DNA from: Octopus vulgaris
Taxonomy: Eukaryota
Length of the DNA: 64,000 nucleotides
NCBI GenBank assembly: GCA_951406725.2
Contig: OX597815.1
Span: 74,834,001 to 74,898,000, forward strand
Direction: 5' to 3'
Shown piece by piece: positions 26,076 through 42,364 of this stretch. Under the pieces are notes generated by a model that was not told the origin of the DNA, did no database searches, and saw nothing but the letters and a program-made list of their open reading frames with translations. The translations under genes were made by a program, and so were the position numbers. Numbering within the stretch: position 1 is the first letter of the stretch; the number at the start of each line of letters is the position of its first letter.

Positions 26076-26686
26076 TGTACATATAATATGTACACATATA
26101 TATATATACACATATATACATGCATACATATATACACCCTTACACACACATATACATAGGTGTAGGTGTGGCTGTGTGGTAAAAACTTGGTTCCAAAACA
26201 CGTGGTCCTGGGTTCAATGCCACTGTGTGGTGACTTGGAATGTGCCTTCTGCTATAGCCTCAGACCAACCAAAGCGTTGTGAGTGGATTTTGTAGGCAGA
26301 AACTGAAAGAAATCGATCGTATATATATGTATGTATGTATATATGTAAGTGTATGTGTGTGTCTTTGTCTCTGTGTTTCTCCTTCATCACTGCTTCACAA
26401 CTTCTGTTCGTTTATTTACATCCCCATAACTTACTGGTTTGACAAGAAGAAATTGATAGAATAAGTACCAGGCTTATCAAAATATAAAAAAAAGCACTAG
26501 ACAGTGTCACTTATGTTTGTTTGCCCACTCAGTTGTATCTATCAATCTATTTTTTTTGGGGGGGTGGTATTTGTGTGTATATACATATATATATATGTAT
26601 GTGTGTGTGTGTATGTATGTATGTATATATATATATATATATATATATAACACGTATATACATGTATGTATATGTGCATATTCATA

Positions 26687-28089
26687 TCTCTATATATAAA
26701 TCTATTATATAAAAGTCAATGTCTTTATGTGTGTTCGTATGTTACTTATACATTCGAAAACTACTGCACAGATCCTAATGAAATTTGAAACACAAAATCC
26801 AAGGCTAGGCAGAAGGATAATGCAGTGTGTTTCATACAATTTCATGGACCAAAATTACTGAATGGATCCTTATGATATTTGGAACTTAAATTCAATGCAT
26901 AAGGGCGGGTATAGTGCAGTATGTTTGGTTTGAATTTGAGGTGGTTTAAAGGGGGCAGAACCCCTATGAAAATTCAAAAATTGTCGATGTTAATGAAATT
27001 TCAACCATGGGTAATTGACACACATCAAGAAATATTCTGAAAGTTTCCACTTCTCATGAGGATTCTAATTGGGGGTGGGTTGCTTAACTCCCAAATTCTA
27101 GTCAAATTTTATGATCCAAAACTAGGTTAAAAGTACTGAATGGATCTTTATGAAAACCCCCATGAAAATTCCTATATTTTTGCTGTTGATGAAATTTTAA
27201 CCATAGATATTAGACACAAATGAAGTAATAATTATTATAATTTCATCTTCTTACAAGTTAGAAAGACCCCTTCATGGGGACTTAACACCCACAATTTAGT
27301 CATTTTATCTAAGCAAAGATGAATACAGTTGTACTCTTGGAAGCTGTAGGGTCACCCTAGCATAAAAGGTGAGCGTTATTTGTAATTCAATGGTACAACA
27401 GTGTAAGAATTTGCTTTGAGATATACTTAGATTGTGATTTCTGCAATGTGGTGCATAAATTGTCAAGTAAATGAGAGGCATCTTTGCCTCCACTGATTTA
27501 CTTGCAAAGTGTTGGGTAAAGTTATTTGGTTGCAGGTCTCCTTTGAGTCTTTTTATTATCACTAGGTCACACATAGTCCCCTGATGGTAACACTGATTTC
27601 AAAGCCTTCCCAGATGAGTGACTGGTTATTGAAAGACATTTATTTGAAAGACATTCATTCGTCCTTTGGTTTCCTGTAGCTTTGCTCTTTTTTACAAACC
27701 CAGTGAACATACATATATTTCCTATTTCAAAGAAATTCGAACAATACATATAAGACCCAAATTGAAAAGATTCTCAACAATTCAACTTCTTTCATTGACA
27801 TTAAGACACCCAACCCCAACTCCCACATTTTAGAGCTCCATGACCTCCATTTTTCAGGAGCAAAATCCTTTTAATAGGTTCCATAAGACTGGAATTTTGG
27901 GATCTGCGCATAAAGATCAGTAGTATGAGATACATGTGTCACGATTAGAATTTTTTAGGGTGTGTAAAGAGAGAAAGAACACTCATCTGCAATTTTGATG
28001 AAATTCATCAGTTCATTAGAAAATATATAACAGAAAAGTCTAATTCTTCAATTACATGAAACACGGGTAACACCAGGTATCTCTACTAG
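26687..28089 (+). mobile_element. Non-autonomous Helitron in intron 1
   Basis: Duplicated TC-tatata..aaa start; ends cgggtaacaccaggta...CTAG followed by T; internal ~200-bp direct repeats. Confidence 0.6.
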
Positions 28090-29270
28090 TTAAATCTATA
28101 AAGCGATACGAGTAAAATACCCACCTTTCAACGGTGTCGTACTAAGCACCTCTTCAGGTCCTACATTTACACTAATATAGAGATATTACGAAAAAAAATT
28201 TTTTAAATATATATGAATAAACGCTTTTGCCTCCATTAATCTAAATAACTCTTAGATAGTTGACGTGAGTTATTTTCTTCTTGACTGTCTCCTGTGTTAA
28301 CTTTGGAAATGTTAAAAAATTTGTTTTGTTTTGTTTTATTTTTTAAAATATCATGGAAGATCAAATGACTTTCATAGAATGAAGTAGGGTTGATACATTA
28401 TCAAAGAGGAAAGAACATTATAGCAGAGGGAGGAAGATGAGTACCGAAAGAAAAAAAATATAAAGTTGAGAAATGTGACAGGAAAGGTAGTGAAGGAAGG
28501 AAATGGAAGAGCAATGACAAAGAAAGCCTAATGTGACGTAATTTCAAGAAGTTATAGCCAATCATACCAAACCATTACTTTAAAACATGTTTATTTTATC
28601 AACACTAGGAAATGAATGTGAAATACGACCTCGTCAGAGTTTAAACACAGAATGAGGATGTTGTAACTATGTGCTACTAAGCTTATTATCAGATACCATA
28701 AAACAATTGAATAAATCACATATTTGCATAGATTTAGTCCGCTAAAGATAATGTTTTCTCAATACTGTAACATATTTTTCGAAGAACCTGCAACTTGCCG
28801 AAAATCTCTTTCATCTCGTGTTCAAATAGAAATATTTGGGAAATGCTGACATTTTGAAAAATACTTGTTAAGGAACAGGGAAATACAGCTTATACGGGAC
28901 TAAACCCATACAAATACACAGACATTTGAAATTATTTCACATTAAGCTGTCTTTATATTTGCTATATCGTCTCTATATCTTCTACCTTTTTCTTTCTCTC
29001 GTTTGTCTCCTATAATTTTCTTCTAGTATCTATATAGTCCTCCTCGCTGTTATTCTGTTATTCTTCTCCCCTTAATTAAAATTAACATATTTGTTCTTCG
29101 ACATTCTACAGTTTTTTTTTTCCAAGATTTCTAAAGTAGACATCCGAGAGAGTCAAGTTTATCTAAGTTATTCATCATCATTAACGTAGAAGCATTCAAA
29201 CATATATTTCTCAAACAAGGAGATTGATGAAACCTTTACTAATTTGGTATTTTACAATTTTTATGCTTGG

Positions 29271-29340
<70 letters not shown>

Positions 29341-29417
29341 AATGTGTGTGTATTCATATATATATGTGCGTATATATGTATATGTATATATGCATATGTA
29401 TGTATGTGTATATATAT

Positions 29418-29450
<33 letters not shown>

Positions 29451-29611
29451 CATATGTATAAATATATATATATGAATAAATGTATATATATATGTATATA
29501 TGTATATACATATGTATATATGTATATATGTATGTATATACATATGTATATGCATGTATATATGTCTATATATGTATGTCTATATATGTATGTATATATA
29601 GGCATATATAT

Positions 29612-29675
<64 letters not shown>

Positions 29676-30023
29676 GTATATATAGGCGCCTGCGCCCTAT
29701 ATATGTGTATATAGGCACAGGAGTGGCTGTGTGGTAAGTAGCTTGCTTACCGGCCACATAGTTCCGGGTTCAGTCCCACTGCGTGGCACCTTGGGCAAGT
29801 GTCTTCTACTATAAGCCTCGGGCCGAGCAAAGCCTTGTGAGTGTATTTGGTAGAAGGAAACTGAAAGAAGCCCGTCGTATATATGTATATATATGTATAT
29901 ATCTATGTATATATATTTATATATATATGTGTATATTTATGTGTATATATATGTGTATATATATGTGTATATATATGTATATATATATGTATATATATGT
30001 ATATATATATGTATGTATATATG

Positions 30024-30105
<82 letters not shown>

Positions 30106-30121
30106 ATATATGTATATATGT

Positions 30122-30167
<46 letters not shown>

Positions 30168-30178
30168 GTATATATATT

Positions 30179-30211
<33 letters not shown>

Positions 30212-30649
30212 GTATATATATATGCTGTTGTGTTTGGGGAGAGTCATTCTCTTTTAGTGCCTTATTATTTAACACACTCACCGGTAAAATTTCTACTTAT
30301 TTCTTATTTTTATTTTCTAAAATTTTCGTTGCGTGTTGCAACCTTTTCAATAGTCTTGACTCTGTCCGTTATTTACACTGCGTTCCCCTTTTGTTTGTTT
30401 GTGTGCATGTGTGTGGGTCAGTGTGTGAGTGTGTGCCTATACATGCATGCATGTACGTATGTATGTGTGTGTGTTTGCATGTGTATGTATGTATATATGT
30501 GTGTATGCATATGTATGTATGTGTGTGCATCTGTATGTACGTATCCTGCATATGTATGTGCTTGCCTGTCCGTGTTTGTGTATTTTCTATGTATGTGTGT
30601 GAGCATGTTTTTGTATATATATGCACCTCTGTCTCCTTGTATGTGCATA

Positions 30650-30695
<46 letters not shown>

Positions 30696-31030
30696 GTAAC
30701 CATGTACCATGCTTGTATGTATGGATGTGCATCTTTATATGTGTGGATCTGTGTCTCCATATGTATCTGTTCATATAGTCTATATTAACTATCCGTCAGT
30801 ATATTGATCTGTTATTTACATATCTAAATGCTTACATACAGAAATAAAAAATATTAAAAATAAAAAATAAAAAATAGCCCAAAAAATTTTAACAAAAAGT
30901 AGCAAAAAATAATAATGATAAAAAAGGCATACAAACACACTCACACCCACATACATACATACATACATTTATCTAGCTAACAGTCTTATAACTATTCTAC
31001 TCTACCTGTGTAAACTGTGGGTATGGAGGT

Positions 31031-31091
31031 ATGGTATTTATTGTGTATATTTCCTATTTAATATATATACATATGTATGTATGTATGTATG

Positions 31092-31122
<31 letters not shown>

Positions 31123-31210
31123 TTATTTTTTATCTAGTTTCAGCTCACGAGCTGTGGCCATGCTGGGGCACCGCCATTTAAAAGAGACGAATCATATATA
31201 TGTATATATG

Positions 31211-31254
<44 letters not shown>

Positions 31255-31322
31255 CATATAAATATATAAAATATTATAATTAATATAAATACATATAAAT
31301 ATATATATATATATATATATAC

Positions 31323-31355
<33 letters not shown>

Positions 31356-31436
31356 CATATGGTGGCTGCCCCCTCGTTATCGAGTATGGCCATTGCACGA
31401 AGCTTAATCAATGGTATTTATTATGTATATTTCCTA

Positions 31437-31519
<83 letters not shown>

Positions 31520-31531
31520 ACATACATATAA

Positions 31532-31608
<77 letters not shown>

Positions 31609-31705
31609 TACATATATATATATACATATGGTGGCTGCCCCCTAGTTATCGAGTATGGCCATTGCACGAAGCTTAATCAATGGTATTTATTATGTATATT
31701 TCCTA

Positions 31706-31786
<81 letters not shown>

Positions 31787-31845
31787 CATATGATGGCTGC
31801 CCCCTCGTTATCGAGTATGGCCATTGCACGAAGCTTAATCAATGT
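31031..31845. repeat. Tandem triplication of an ~80-bp RTE-tail/flank unit separated by (TA)n
   Basis: atggtggctgcccc.t.gttatcgagtatggccattgcacgaagcttaatcaatg at ~31359, ~31628 and ~31791. Confidence 0.85.
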
Positions 31846-32187
31846 TGTTATCGTGCAAACCCTGTGCAAGAAGATTTTTTTTAAGTGGGGAAAGGCTGTG
31901 CACTGAGTCAATCCCATTCACTAAGCAGCAGCAGCCATAATCTGAAAAGAAGAACAAATCAACATCATCAGTAACCACTGAGCCGCAGCTTTTATGTCGG
32001 AGTTATCCCTGTTACCTGAGTTACCTTCTCCTAGAAGGATGCCCTAACAAAGGCTAGGAGTCCTTCACTCCCAATAGTTTAACCGCGCGATCGGGTATTC
32101 AGCAAGCTTGGGGGCGGTTGCCGGTTTAGTCGCCGACGACCCGACCATGCAAAAGGTTGTACTGAGTTACATGTTACCAATAGCATA
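31791..32187 (-). mobile_element. Non-autonomous RTE-related element (related 5' part at ~41145-41340, +)
   Basis: 3' tail aatggccatactcgataacgagggggcagccat resembles the 3' end of the RTE LINE near 58255; 5' end atgctattggtaacatgtaa is shared with 41145. Confidence 0.5.
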
Positions 32188-32228
32188 TACATAATATAGA
32201 TATGTATGTATATGTATATATGTATATG

Positions 32229-32291
<63 letters not shown>

Positions 32292-32418
32292 GTACATATG
32301 TATATATATACGTATACATATATATATATACACATATATATACATACATGTATATGTATATATATATACATGTATATGTATATATATATGTATATATATA
32401 TATATATGTATGTATATG

Positions 32419-32510
<92 letters not shown>

Positions 32511-32574
32511 GTATAAAGCTCCTTATATATATGTTTATATATATATATATATGTATATATATGTATATATATTA

Positions 32575-32631
<57 letters not shown>

Positions 32632-32634
32632 TAG

Positions 32635-33065
32635 AGAAGCTGAAACTGTATTCACTCCAACGACGCTGTGAACGCTATTTTATCTGTATGATGTGGAAAA
32701 TATTCCATCAGCACTGTCCGAATGATGTTGGCATTGCCTTCAAAATACATCCAAGGCTTGGACCACGTGCCATCCGTCCACAACAAAAATCTAAATCGCA
32801 TCACATAACGACAATACGGCACAAGTATTTCACATCAATTGGAACCGCTCTCTTCAACATTACACCAGGACACGTCAAAACAGAAACTGACCACGCAAAA
32901 TTCAAGAAGTCTTTGGACAAATTCCTTCAAACAGTCCCGGACAAACCATCCACACCCGGAAATGTCTCCGCAAACAATAACTCTCTGCTCGAATGGGCCT
33001 CGGTGCCCAAATCCTGAATTAAAAGACTTCGCCTGGGCCAATACTGGCCAAAACCTTTCTAAGTA
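32635..33065 (+). mobile_element. CR1/L2-like LINE 3' fragment (second family)
   Basis: [14 protein letters not shown]...HPRLG...G.ALFNI.P...FKKSLDKFLQTVPDKP...A.NNSL. Confidence 0.75.
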
Positions 33066-33084
33066 ATTCTATGTTATTCTAAGT

Positions 33085-33124
<40 letters not shown>

Positions 33125-33400
33125 TATATACATACATGTATATATACATACATGTAAATATATATATATATATATACATATATACATATATATATATACA
33201 TATATACATATATATATATATACATATATACATATATATATATATACATGTATATATATTTATATGTATATGTATTTATATATGTATATATATATACATA
33301 TATATATGTACATATGTATATATATACATATACATATTTATATTCATATATATACACATATATATACATATATATATACATATACATATATATAGATTGA

Positions 33401-33467
<67 letters not shown>

Positions 33468-33541
33468 TGATTAAAATGGTAAGACAACAAAAGAATGAAA
33501 GAGACCTTGATATTATGTAGAGATCGATAGATAAATTACAG

Positions 33542-33595
<54 letters not shown>

Positions 33596-33597
33596 AA

Positions 33598-33628
<31 letters not shown>

Positions 33629-33629
33629 C

Positions 33630-33668
<39 letters not shown>

Positions 33669-33744
33669 TATATATGTATATATGTATATATGTATACATA
33701 TTTATATATATATATATATTGTGTGTGTGTGTGTGTGTATGTAT

Positions 33745-33775
<31 letters not shown>

Positions 33776-33794
33776 GTATATATGTATTTATATC

Positions 33795-33864
<70 letters not shown>

Positions 33865-33974
33865 TTAATCCAAACAAGAAAACACAGAAAAAAAGAAAAA
33901 AAGAGAAAAAACACAGCAACGCTGACGTGGAACAATTAAAGTATTATTGACGCTCAGGAAAGAAGGGAAGGAGG

Positions 33975-34009
33975 GTTTAACGTTTCGAGCGGAGCTCTTC
34001 GTCGGAAAC
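33975..34009 (-). ncRNA. Minimal hammerhead-like motif in a Penelope-type terminal fragment (~33865-34085)
   Basis: gttt-CCGACGA-a-gagc-tcc-gctc-GAAA-cg-TT-aaac. Confidence 0.5.
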
Positions 34010-34128
34010 AAGGAGAAGGAAAGATCCCAAGGAGGGAAGACAGAGGAGACAATATTTGAACTGGTGGTGCTTAAGAGATCACATGTTATATATATATTTA
34101 TGTATATATATACATATATATATATATG

Positions 34129-34198
<70 letters not shown>

Positions 34199-34207
34199 TA
34201 TATATAC

Positions 34208-34242
<35 letters not shown>

Positions 34243-34253
34243 TGTGTGTGTGT

Positions 34254-34550
34254 GGAGGCGCAATTGCCCAGTGGTTAGGGCAGCGGACTCGCGGTCGTAG
34301 GATCGCGGTTTCGATTCCCAGACCGGGCATTGTGAGTGTTTATTGAGCGAAAACACCTAAAGCTCCACGATGCTCCGGCAGGGGGATGGTGGCGATCCCT
34401 GCTGTACTCTTTCACCACAACTTTCTCTCACTCTTTCTTCTGTCGGCCTGCTGGCTTAGCCAGTGGAGTGGCTAAAACAATGCGAAACGCATTGTGACCA
34501 GCGATGTGTAGCTACATCTGATAGCCTGGTCGGTCACTGTGATCACGGTG
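34254..34550 (+). mobile_element. tRNA-derived SINE (head fragment also at 48174-48228)
   Basis: ggaggcgcaattgcccagtggttagggcagcggactcgcggtcgtaggatcgcggtttcgattccc: A and B boxes. Confidence 0.8.
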
Positions 34551-35548
<998 letters not shown>

Positions 35549-36217
35549 CTTCATAACTAAGTTCTCCCCTATATTGAATGGCTGAAAATATTTCCATCAT
35601 GAGTTGTACTAGATGAAGGATCAAATTTATAAAGTAAATTGTATTACACACGCACACACAGAGTTCTACACATAAGTACATGTACATAAATAAAAACAAT
35701 CTCTAATCCAGTTTCTCCATCCCATATAAGTATAGGAATCAAACATTAGTTTGGAAGAACTGAATAGTGGTGTAAATATCAACACAATTATTTCTTCTTT
35801 TAAAACTCCTTTCAGATATGTAAACACCCTCGCACATACATACATGCACACTCTCTCACAAGACAATGATAAAAGTGACATTTTGGCCCCCAGCTGGCTT
35901 GACCATGGCTAAAAGCCAATGACTGGTTATTTTTAACAACTTGACCATTCCTCCTTAACACTACTTTCAGATACAAAAACACAAACACACACACGTACAC
36001 ATACACGCGCGCGCGCACATAAACACACACACACACTCTCTCTCTCTCTCTCTCACACAAGACAATGATAAAAAGCAAGTACAAACAGCTGGAATATCAC
36101 TGTAATCCAAGAATTATTTTTGACAAACGACTATCAACAAAATTTCTCCCCTTCTTCCTCCTTTCCTTCTTTTTCTTTAACACCTCTTTCAGATACAAAC
36201 ACACACACACACACACA

Positions 36218-36248
<31 letters not shown>

Positions 36249-36792
36249 TATGATAAAAAAGAAATCCAGACAAATTTTTAAAAGTGACATTTTGCCCCCC
36301 TCTAAGTAAACATCCTGACCAGCTACAAAAGAGACCAACAAAACAAATTTTTCTTCTTTCTCTCCCTTTTCTTCCTTTCCTTCTTTTTCTTTAACAATTT
36401 TTTCAGATACAAAAAAACACACACACATGCTCTTTCTCACTTTCTCCCCATTCATTACCCTCTTGTACTATCTTATATCTCTCCCCACTACTACACACTC
36501 AATAACACTATAAAAAGAGTCAAAATTCCTGCAAGAACTTAGTTCAATTTGACGACTCCACTAGAATGGACGAAAGCGCTATATATGATATAATAATGGG
36601 CATTTGGGATCTTTCCCTACAATTGCAACTGCGTTTATTATTATTAGCATTACTTACCCTATTCTTAATATTTATAGCGTCGTCATTCGGGGTGCTGGTC
36701 AAATTCGTAGAAGTATTATCTAAGTGTTATGTCACCGTTATTCGAATTATTATAATAAATGCGTAATATTATATATATGTGTGTGTGTGTGT

Positions 36793-36831
<39 letters not shown>

Positions 36832-36833
<2 letters not shown>

Positions 36834-37250
36834 GGACAGGTAGAGATCCAGTTTTCAAGACACCTACATCGATACCATGTAGGTCTCTCAGGCTTTTAGA
36901 AAAGATATTGAACAGCTGTGGGCTCTTGACACCCAAGCTATTGCAGTATCTGGTCTTGTGTCCTGATAATAATATTGGGATCTTTGGCACTATGCAATGA
37001 CGCCCAGTTCTGCTGTTTCTGTAACTTTCAATACCAAAGTTTGGTACAAGTCCTTCCAAGATTTTCCGAACGCATAATTCTACATATCTTTCTCGTCTTC
37101 GTTTTAAGGAGTAAAGACTTAACTATGAGAGCTTCTCCCAGTAGCTGACATGTCGCATTGAGACGATCTTCTTTCGCAAGATCATCATATATCACGTCCA
37201 CATTTAAGTTGTTGAGCAGCTGCTTTAACATCCAGCCGTAGTTTTGTAAG
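36832..37250 (-). mobile_element. CR1/L2-like LINE fragments
   Basis: EGLVPNFGIESY.N.RTGRHCIVP shared with 46565-47128; VDVIY.D.AK RT remnant. Confidence 0.8.
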
Positions 37251-37779
37251 AGTTATGTATTTCTTTACTTGTTTCAGTCATTTGACTGCGGCCATACTGG
37301 AGCACCACCTTTAGTCAAGCAAATCAACCCCAGGACTTATTCTTCGTAAGCCTAGTACTTATTCTATCGGTCTCTTTTTGCCGAACCGCTAAGTTATGGG
37401 GACGTAAACACACCAGCATCGGTTGTCAAGCGATGTTGGGGGACAAGCACAGACACACAAACATATACACACATAGATATATATATATATATATATACAT
37501 ATGTACGACGGGCTTCTTTCAGTTTCCATCGACCAAATCCACTCACAAGGCTTTGGTCGGCCCGAGGTTATAGTAGAAGACACTTGCCCAAGGTGCCACG
37601 CAGTGGGACTGAACCCGGAACCATATGGTTGGTAAGCAAGCTACTTACCACACAGCTACTTCTGCACCTATATTTATAGTTCAGAGCTGTAATTTGCCAC
37701 GTAATCTATAGAGATATAAATAATTACACATGCAAAATTTCAGCTAGATCAAACAAATGCAAGTGGATCAGGGGCATTA

Positions 37780-37880
37780 CTTATTGAACGTATCGACTAT
37801 ATATATATGGCCTTATTGAACGTATCGACTATATATATATGGCCTTATTGAACGTATCGACTATATATATATGGCCTTAT
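37780..37880. repeat. 32-bp minisatellite x3
   Basis: cttattgaacgtatcgactatatatatatggc at 37780, 37812, 37844. Confidence 0.95.
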
Positions 37881-38119
37881 AAAAGAAAAAAATTATTCAT
37901 GTGTGTATTTGTGTTTGTATTTGTGTGTGTGTGTGCGGTGTGGCGTGCCCGTGTGTGTTTGCGTGAGCACACACACACGGTGCACCTAAGACACCTAAAA
38001 CAACGGTTAGAATCTTCAACTTACAAATTTAATTTTTCGAAGAGTGAACTATTTTCGTCACATCTGCCAATAATAGAAAAAGCAGCCTAATTTCTTTCTT
38101 GTTTCTGTTTTCCATCCAG

Positions 38120-38301
38120 AAGTCCCATATAGATTGGTATTCATCATCTTGGCAAGTTTTTGTCTTCATTTAACCAAGTCAGCTCCCGTTGAAACTGGTG
38201 AAGAGACTTATCCACACAGTTTTGATATCAATTTAGTGAAACACATCAAATCTACCGGCTATGAATCAATGCGACGAGTTGAATTCACTTTCCTGACATA
38301 C
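38120..38301 (+). CDS. Exon 2: signal peptide + predicted helix A
   Basis: Acceptor tttctgttttccatccAG, donor GTAAGT; encodes (E)VPYRLVFIILASFCLHLTKS-APVETGEETYPHSFDINLVKHIKSTGYESMRRVEFTFLTY. Confidence 0.85.
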
Positions 38302-38621
38302 GTAAGTCATTGTTTAACTATAATTAACATAGCTATTTGCGTATCATGTTTAATACAAATATGCCACGAAACTACGGTATCCCACAGGAGATAAGATCTC
38401 TTATGGACATACGGTATTTAAAAACACAAATATTGCAGTAGCAGACGAAAATCGTCCTGCAGCGGTGGGGATAAAGTTAGAGGTGCATTTCTGCCTCTTT
38501 CAGTTTTGTCAGTAATATATACTCACTTGTTTCAGTCATTAGACTGCGGCTATGCTGGGGCATCACCTTAAAGAATCGCAATCGAAGTTATCGGCCCCAA
38601 TACTTATTATTATTATTGTTA

Positions 38622-39264
<643 letters not shown>

Positions 39265-39590
39265 AAGGCGGCGAGCAGACAGAATCGTTAGCACGACAGG
39301 CGAAATGCTTACAGGTATTTCGTCTGCCGTTACGTTCCGATTTCAAATTCCGCCGAGGTCGACTTTGCCTTTTATCCTTTCTAGGTCGATAGAATAAGTA
39401 CTAGTTGAACACTGGGGTCGATGTAATCAACACATCCTCTGCCCCTAAATTGCTGCCCATGTGGCAAAATTTGAAACCATTATTATTATTTAGAGAGCCT
39501 GGTACTTATTCTGTCGGTCTCTTTTGACTAAATGTCAATAAAGAGAAGCAATAGCAATGCTTATATGTAAATTATGTCTTTCAGCTAGAT

Positions 39591-39945
39591 TAGTGGTTCC
39601 TGAGGGTCCCTGAGGGTCCATATATGGTCCCTGGGGGTCCATATAAGATTTTTATGGTCCACGCAACAAAATAGTAAACTGGGGATCCACAATGTTATTT
39701 TAAGGGCTCCTGAAAAAAATCTTGCTTTAGATGTATATATTGCAAGACACTGCTAGATTTCTTTCTCTAACATTTTACATAGTTCAACTTACACAAGTTA
39801 TAATGTAAGAAAAACAAAATTACCATTTTGAAATACGTTTCTATAAAATTAGTTTTTAAACATTGAATGACTATGGAGATCCACAAGAATAAATAGTAAC
39901 CAAAGGGGTCCATAAATAATTTTTTTAAATGGTTGAGATCCCCTG
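39591..39945. mobile_element. hAT (Charlie-like) MITE
   Basis: Ends tagtggttcc.../...ggttgagatcccctg; 8-bp TSD agctagat at 39583-39590 and 39946-39953. Confidence 0.8.
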
Positions 39946-40428
39946 AGCTAGATGATTTGTCTGTTTTCTTTACTCCATTGGACTTCGTAGTTCACAACAG
40001 TTTGACTTTTTCTTTAAAAAAATTAAAAGATGCAGGGCAGATAATTCTAAAATTTTACTGCACATCATTCCAACAGTATATATTCAGATGAAAATGTTTT
40101 TAGCGCACTAAAGTTTGTCTGGCCCAACTTCGCATGCAAAACGCAGGATGATTTTGGGAACACTTTCTGGTGGGGTAGAAAATGCGTTTTATATGCCATC
40201 AAATTTGGCAAGACCTTTCATATAGACGCAGGCACGGACGTGCGATTAAAAAGTTAATTCCGCAACTGGGTGGTTTCATATTCAGTCCCACCAGGCAGCA
40301 CTTTAAGCTGCCTGTCTTCTACAGCAATCTCGGGTCGACTAATGCCTTGTGAGTAAATGTGACAGATGTAACTGTGCAGAAGTTTGTCGCGCGCGTGTGT
40401 GTATTTGTGTGAATGTGCGTGAGTGTGC

Positions 40429-40497
<69 letters not shown>

Positions 40498-42275
40498 GTA
40501 CGTGTTCTCGCACACGAACCGATATGTTTGTGTTTGTCTCCTCTCACTTAACCGGTATTGGCTTACACCGCTGTAGATCAGCGGTTCGGTAAAAGAGACC
40601 TGTAAAATAAGTATAAAATATATGTCGATAAATATATATATAGAATAAGTATAAATACATATGTATTCGGGTCGATTTATTTGACTAAAACCTTCAATGC
40701 GGTGTCCCAGGATGACCGCAGTACAAATGCTAAAACAAGTGAAAGAAAAAATAAAGAATAATTAAAATCAATTGAATGTTGAATGACTTGGTCAACAACC
40801 TGACTTCTAGCTACGCTCAGAGCATCAAGTTACATTTTACTTCTCTCTTCCATAATTATCTTGCAATTATAAGTTTGTTTGTGTGTGTACGTGTGTGTGT
40901 GTGTGAGTGTGTAAACACGTATATATTACTTATTCCACGTCCTCGCGTTGTTTTTTTCTTGCTTGTTCATGTTTGGATTAACTATATATACACATACTGG
41001 CATGTATGTATGTATGTATGTATGTATGTATGTATGTATGTATGTATGTATGTATGTATGTATGTATGTTTGTATGTATGTATGTATGTATGTATGTATG
41101 TATGTGCGTGCGCATATGTGTGTGTGAGAGTGAAGTCACTCTTAATGCTATTGGTAACATGTAAACCATTACAGCCTACCGTGTGTTCGAGCAGTCGGCA
41201 ACTAAACTGGCAACCGAATAAGTTTGCATGATAAGGAGGATGGGTTTTGGTGAATTCCCAGCAGGACGAAAAAAAAATCATGTCAAAGGCGGAGGAACGC
41301 AGTAGAGTCAATAGCCATCCGCAGCTAGGTGTCAGAAAACTCTAGCTTTTCTTTAAACGTCTCTCTCGAAAAACTGATTTAGCGCCTGCGAATTCATTTG
41401 CAGCCAGTAATGTAGATTAGTTCTTCTTTGGTTAGAGTATTCGGCTCACAATCGTAAGGTCGTGAGTTCAATTCCCAGCGACGTATTGTGTCCTTAAGCA
41501 AGACACTTTATTTCACTTTGCTCCAGACCCCTCATCTGGCAAAAAGGAGCAGCAGCTGTATTTCAAAGAGCCAGTCTTGTAACACTCTGAATCACGATGA
41601 ATCTCCCTGAGAACTACGTTAATGGTACACGTGTCTGTGGAGTGCTCAGCCACTTGCACGTTAATTTCACGAGCAGGCTGTTCCGTTGATCAGATCAACT
41701 GGAACCCTCGTCGTCGTAACCATTTAAATGCATCTAAACAATATTTCATTTGGAGGAAACACGGTGGAACTACTGTTATATAATGAATTACTGTCTTATA
41801 GAAATACATTTAATTGGCATGTTTATATTTCCATTCAGACATTACTATATCAGCTTGTAATGATGTTGTAATGTCGTTGTAAATAAATGCCAGAAATAAT
41901 TGACAAACTTTACCGCTCTCTACTTTAAAAATAAATAAATAAAACACTCTTTGAAAACGTGAACGGAAAAATTAGTAATTGTCATCAACACGTGATCAGG
42001 AGCCAATAAAATAAGAGATGTATACCATGCTAGCTTTAGATGAGTAGTCACTCGTATAGTTAATATAGTTAACTAAAAAGAATTTTGATTAAAATTACAA
42101 TTTAGGCGTAGGAGTGTCTGTCTGGTAAGTAGCTTGCTTACGAACCACATGGTTCCGGATTCACTCCCACTGCGTGGCACCTTGGGCAAGTGTCTTCTAC
42201 TATAACCTCGGGCAGACAAAAGCCTTGTGAGTGGATTTGGTAGAAAGAAACTGAAAGAAGCCCGTCGTATATATA

Positions 42276-42364
<89 letters not shown>

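Noticed and set aside
28118-28162. Minus-strand CTGAAGA-stem-GAAA hammerhead-like motif
   Set aside because: Stems I and III do not close and there is no proper cleavage triplet.
31359-31845. Repeat-spacer pattern suggestive of CRISPR
   Set aside because: Spacers are TA microsatellite, the context is eukaryotic and no cas genes are present.
34254-34326. tRNA-like sequences (also 3412-3475, 48174-48228)
   Set aside because: They run into repeat bodies and lack a proper acceptor stem and terminator; SINE or retroelement heads rather than tRNA genes.
36566-36766. Hydrophobic 66-aa ORF in intron 1
   Set aside because: No convincing splice sites or recognisable motif; hydrophobicity is explained by TTA-rich composition.
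38302-38394. ORF-track extensions beyond the donors (also 43148-43204 and 44772-44840)
   Set aside because: Read-through into introns past consensus GTAAG donors.
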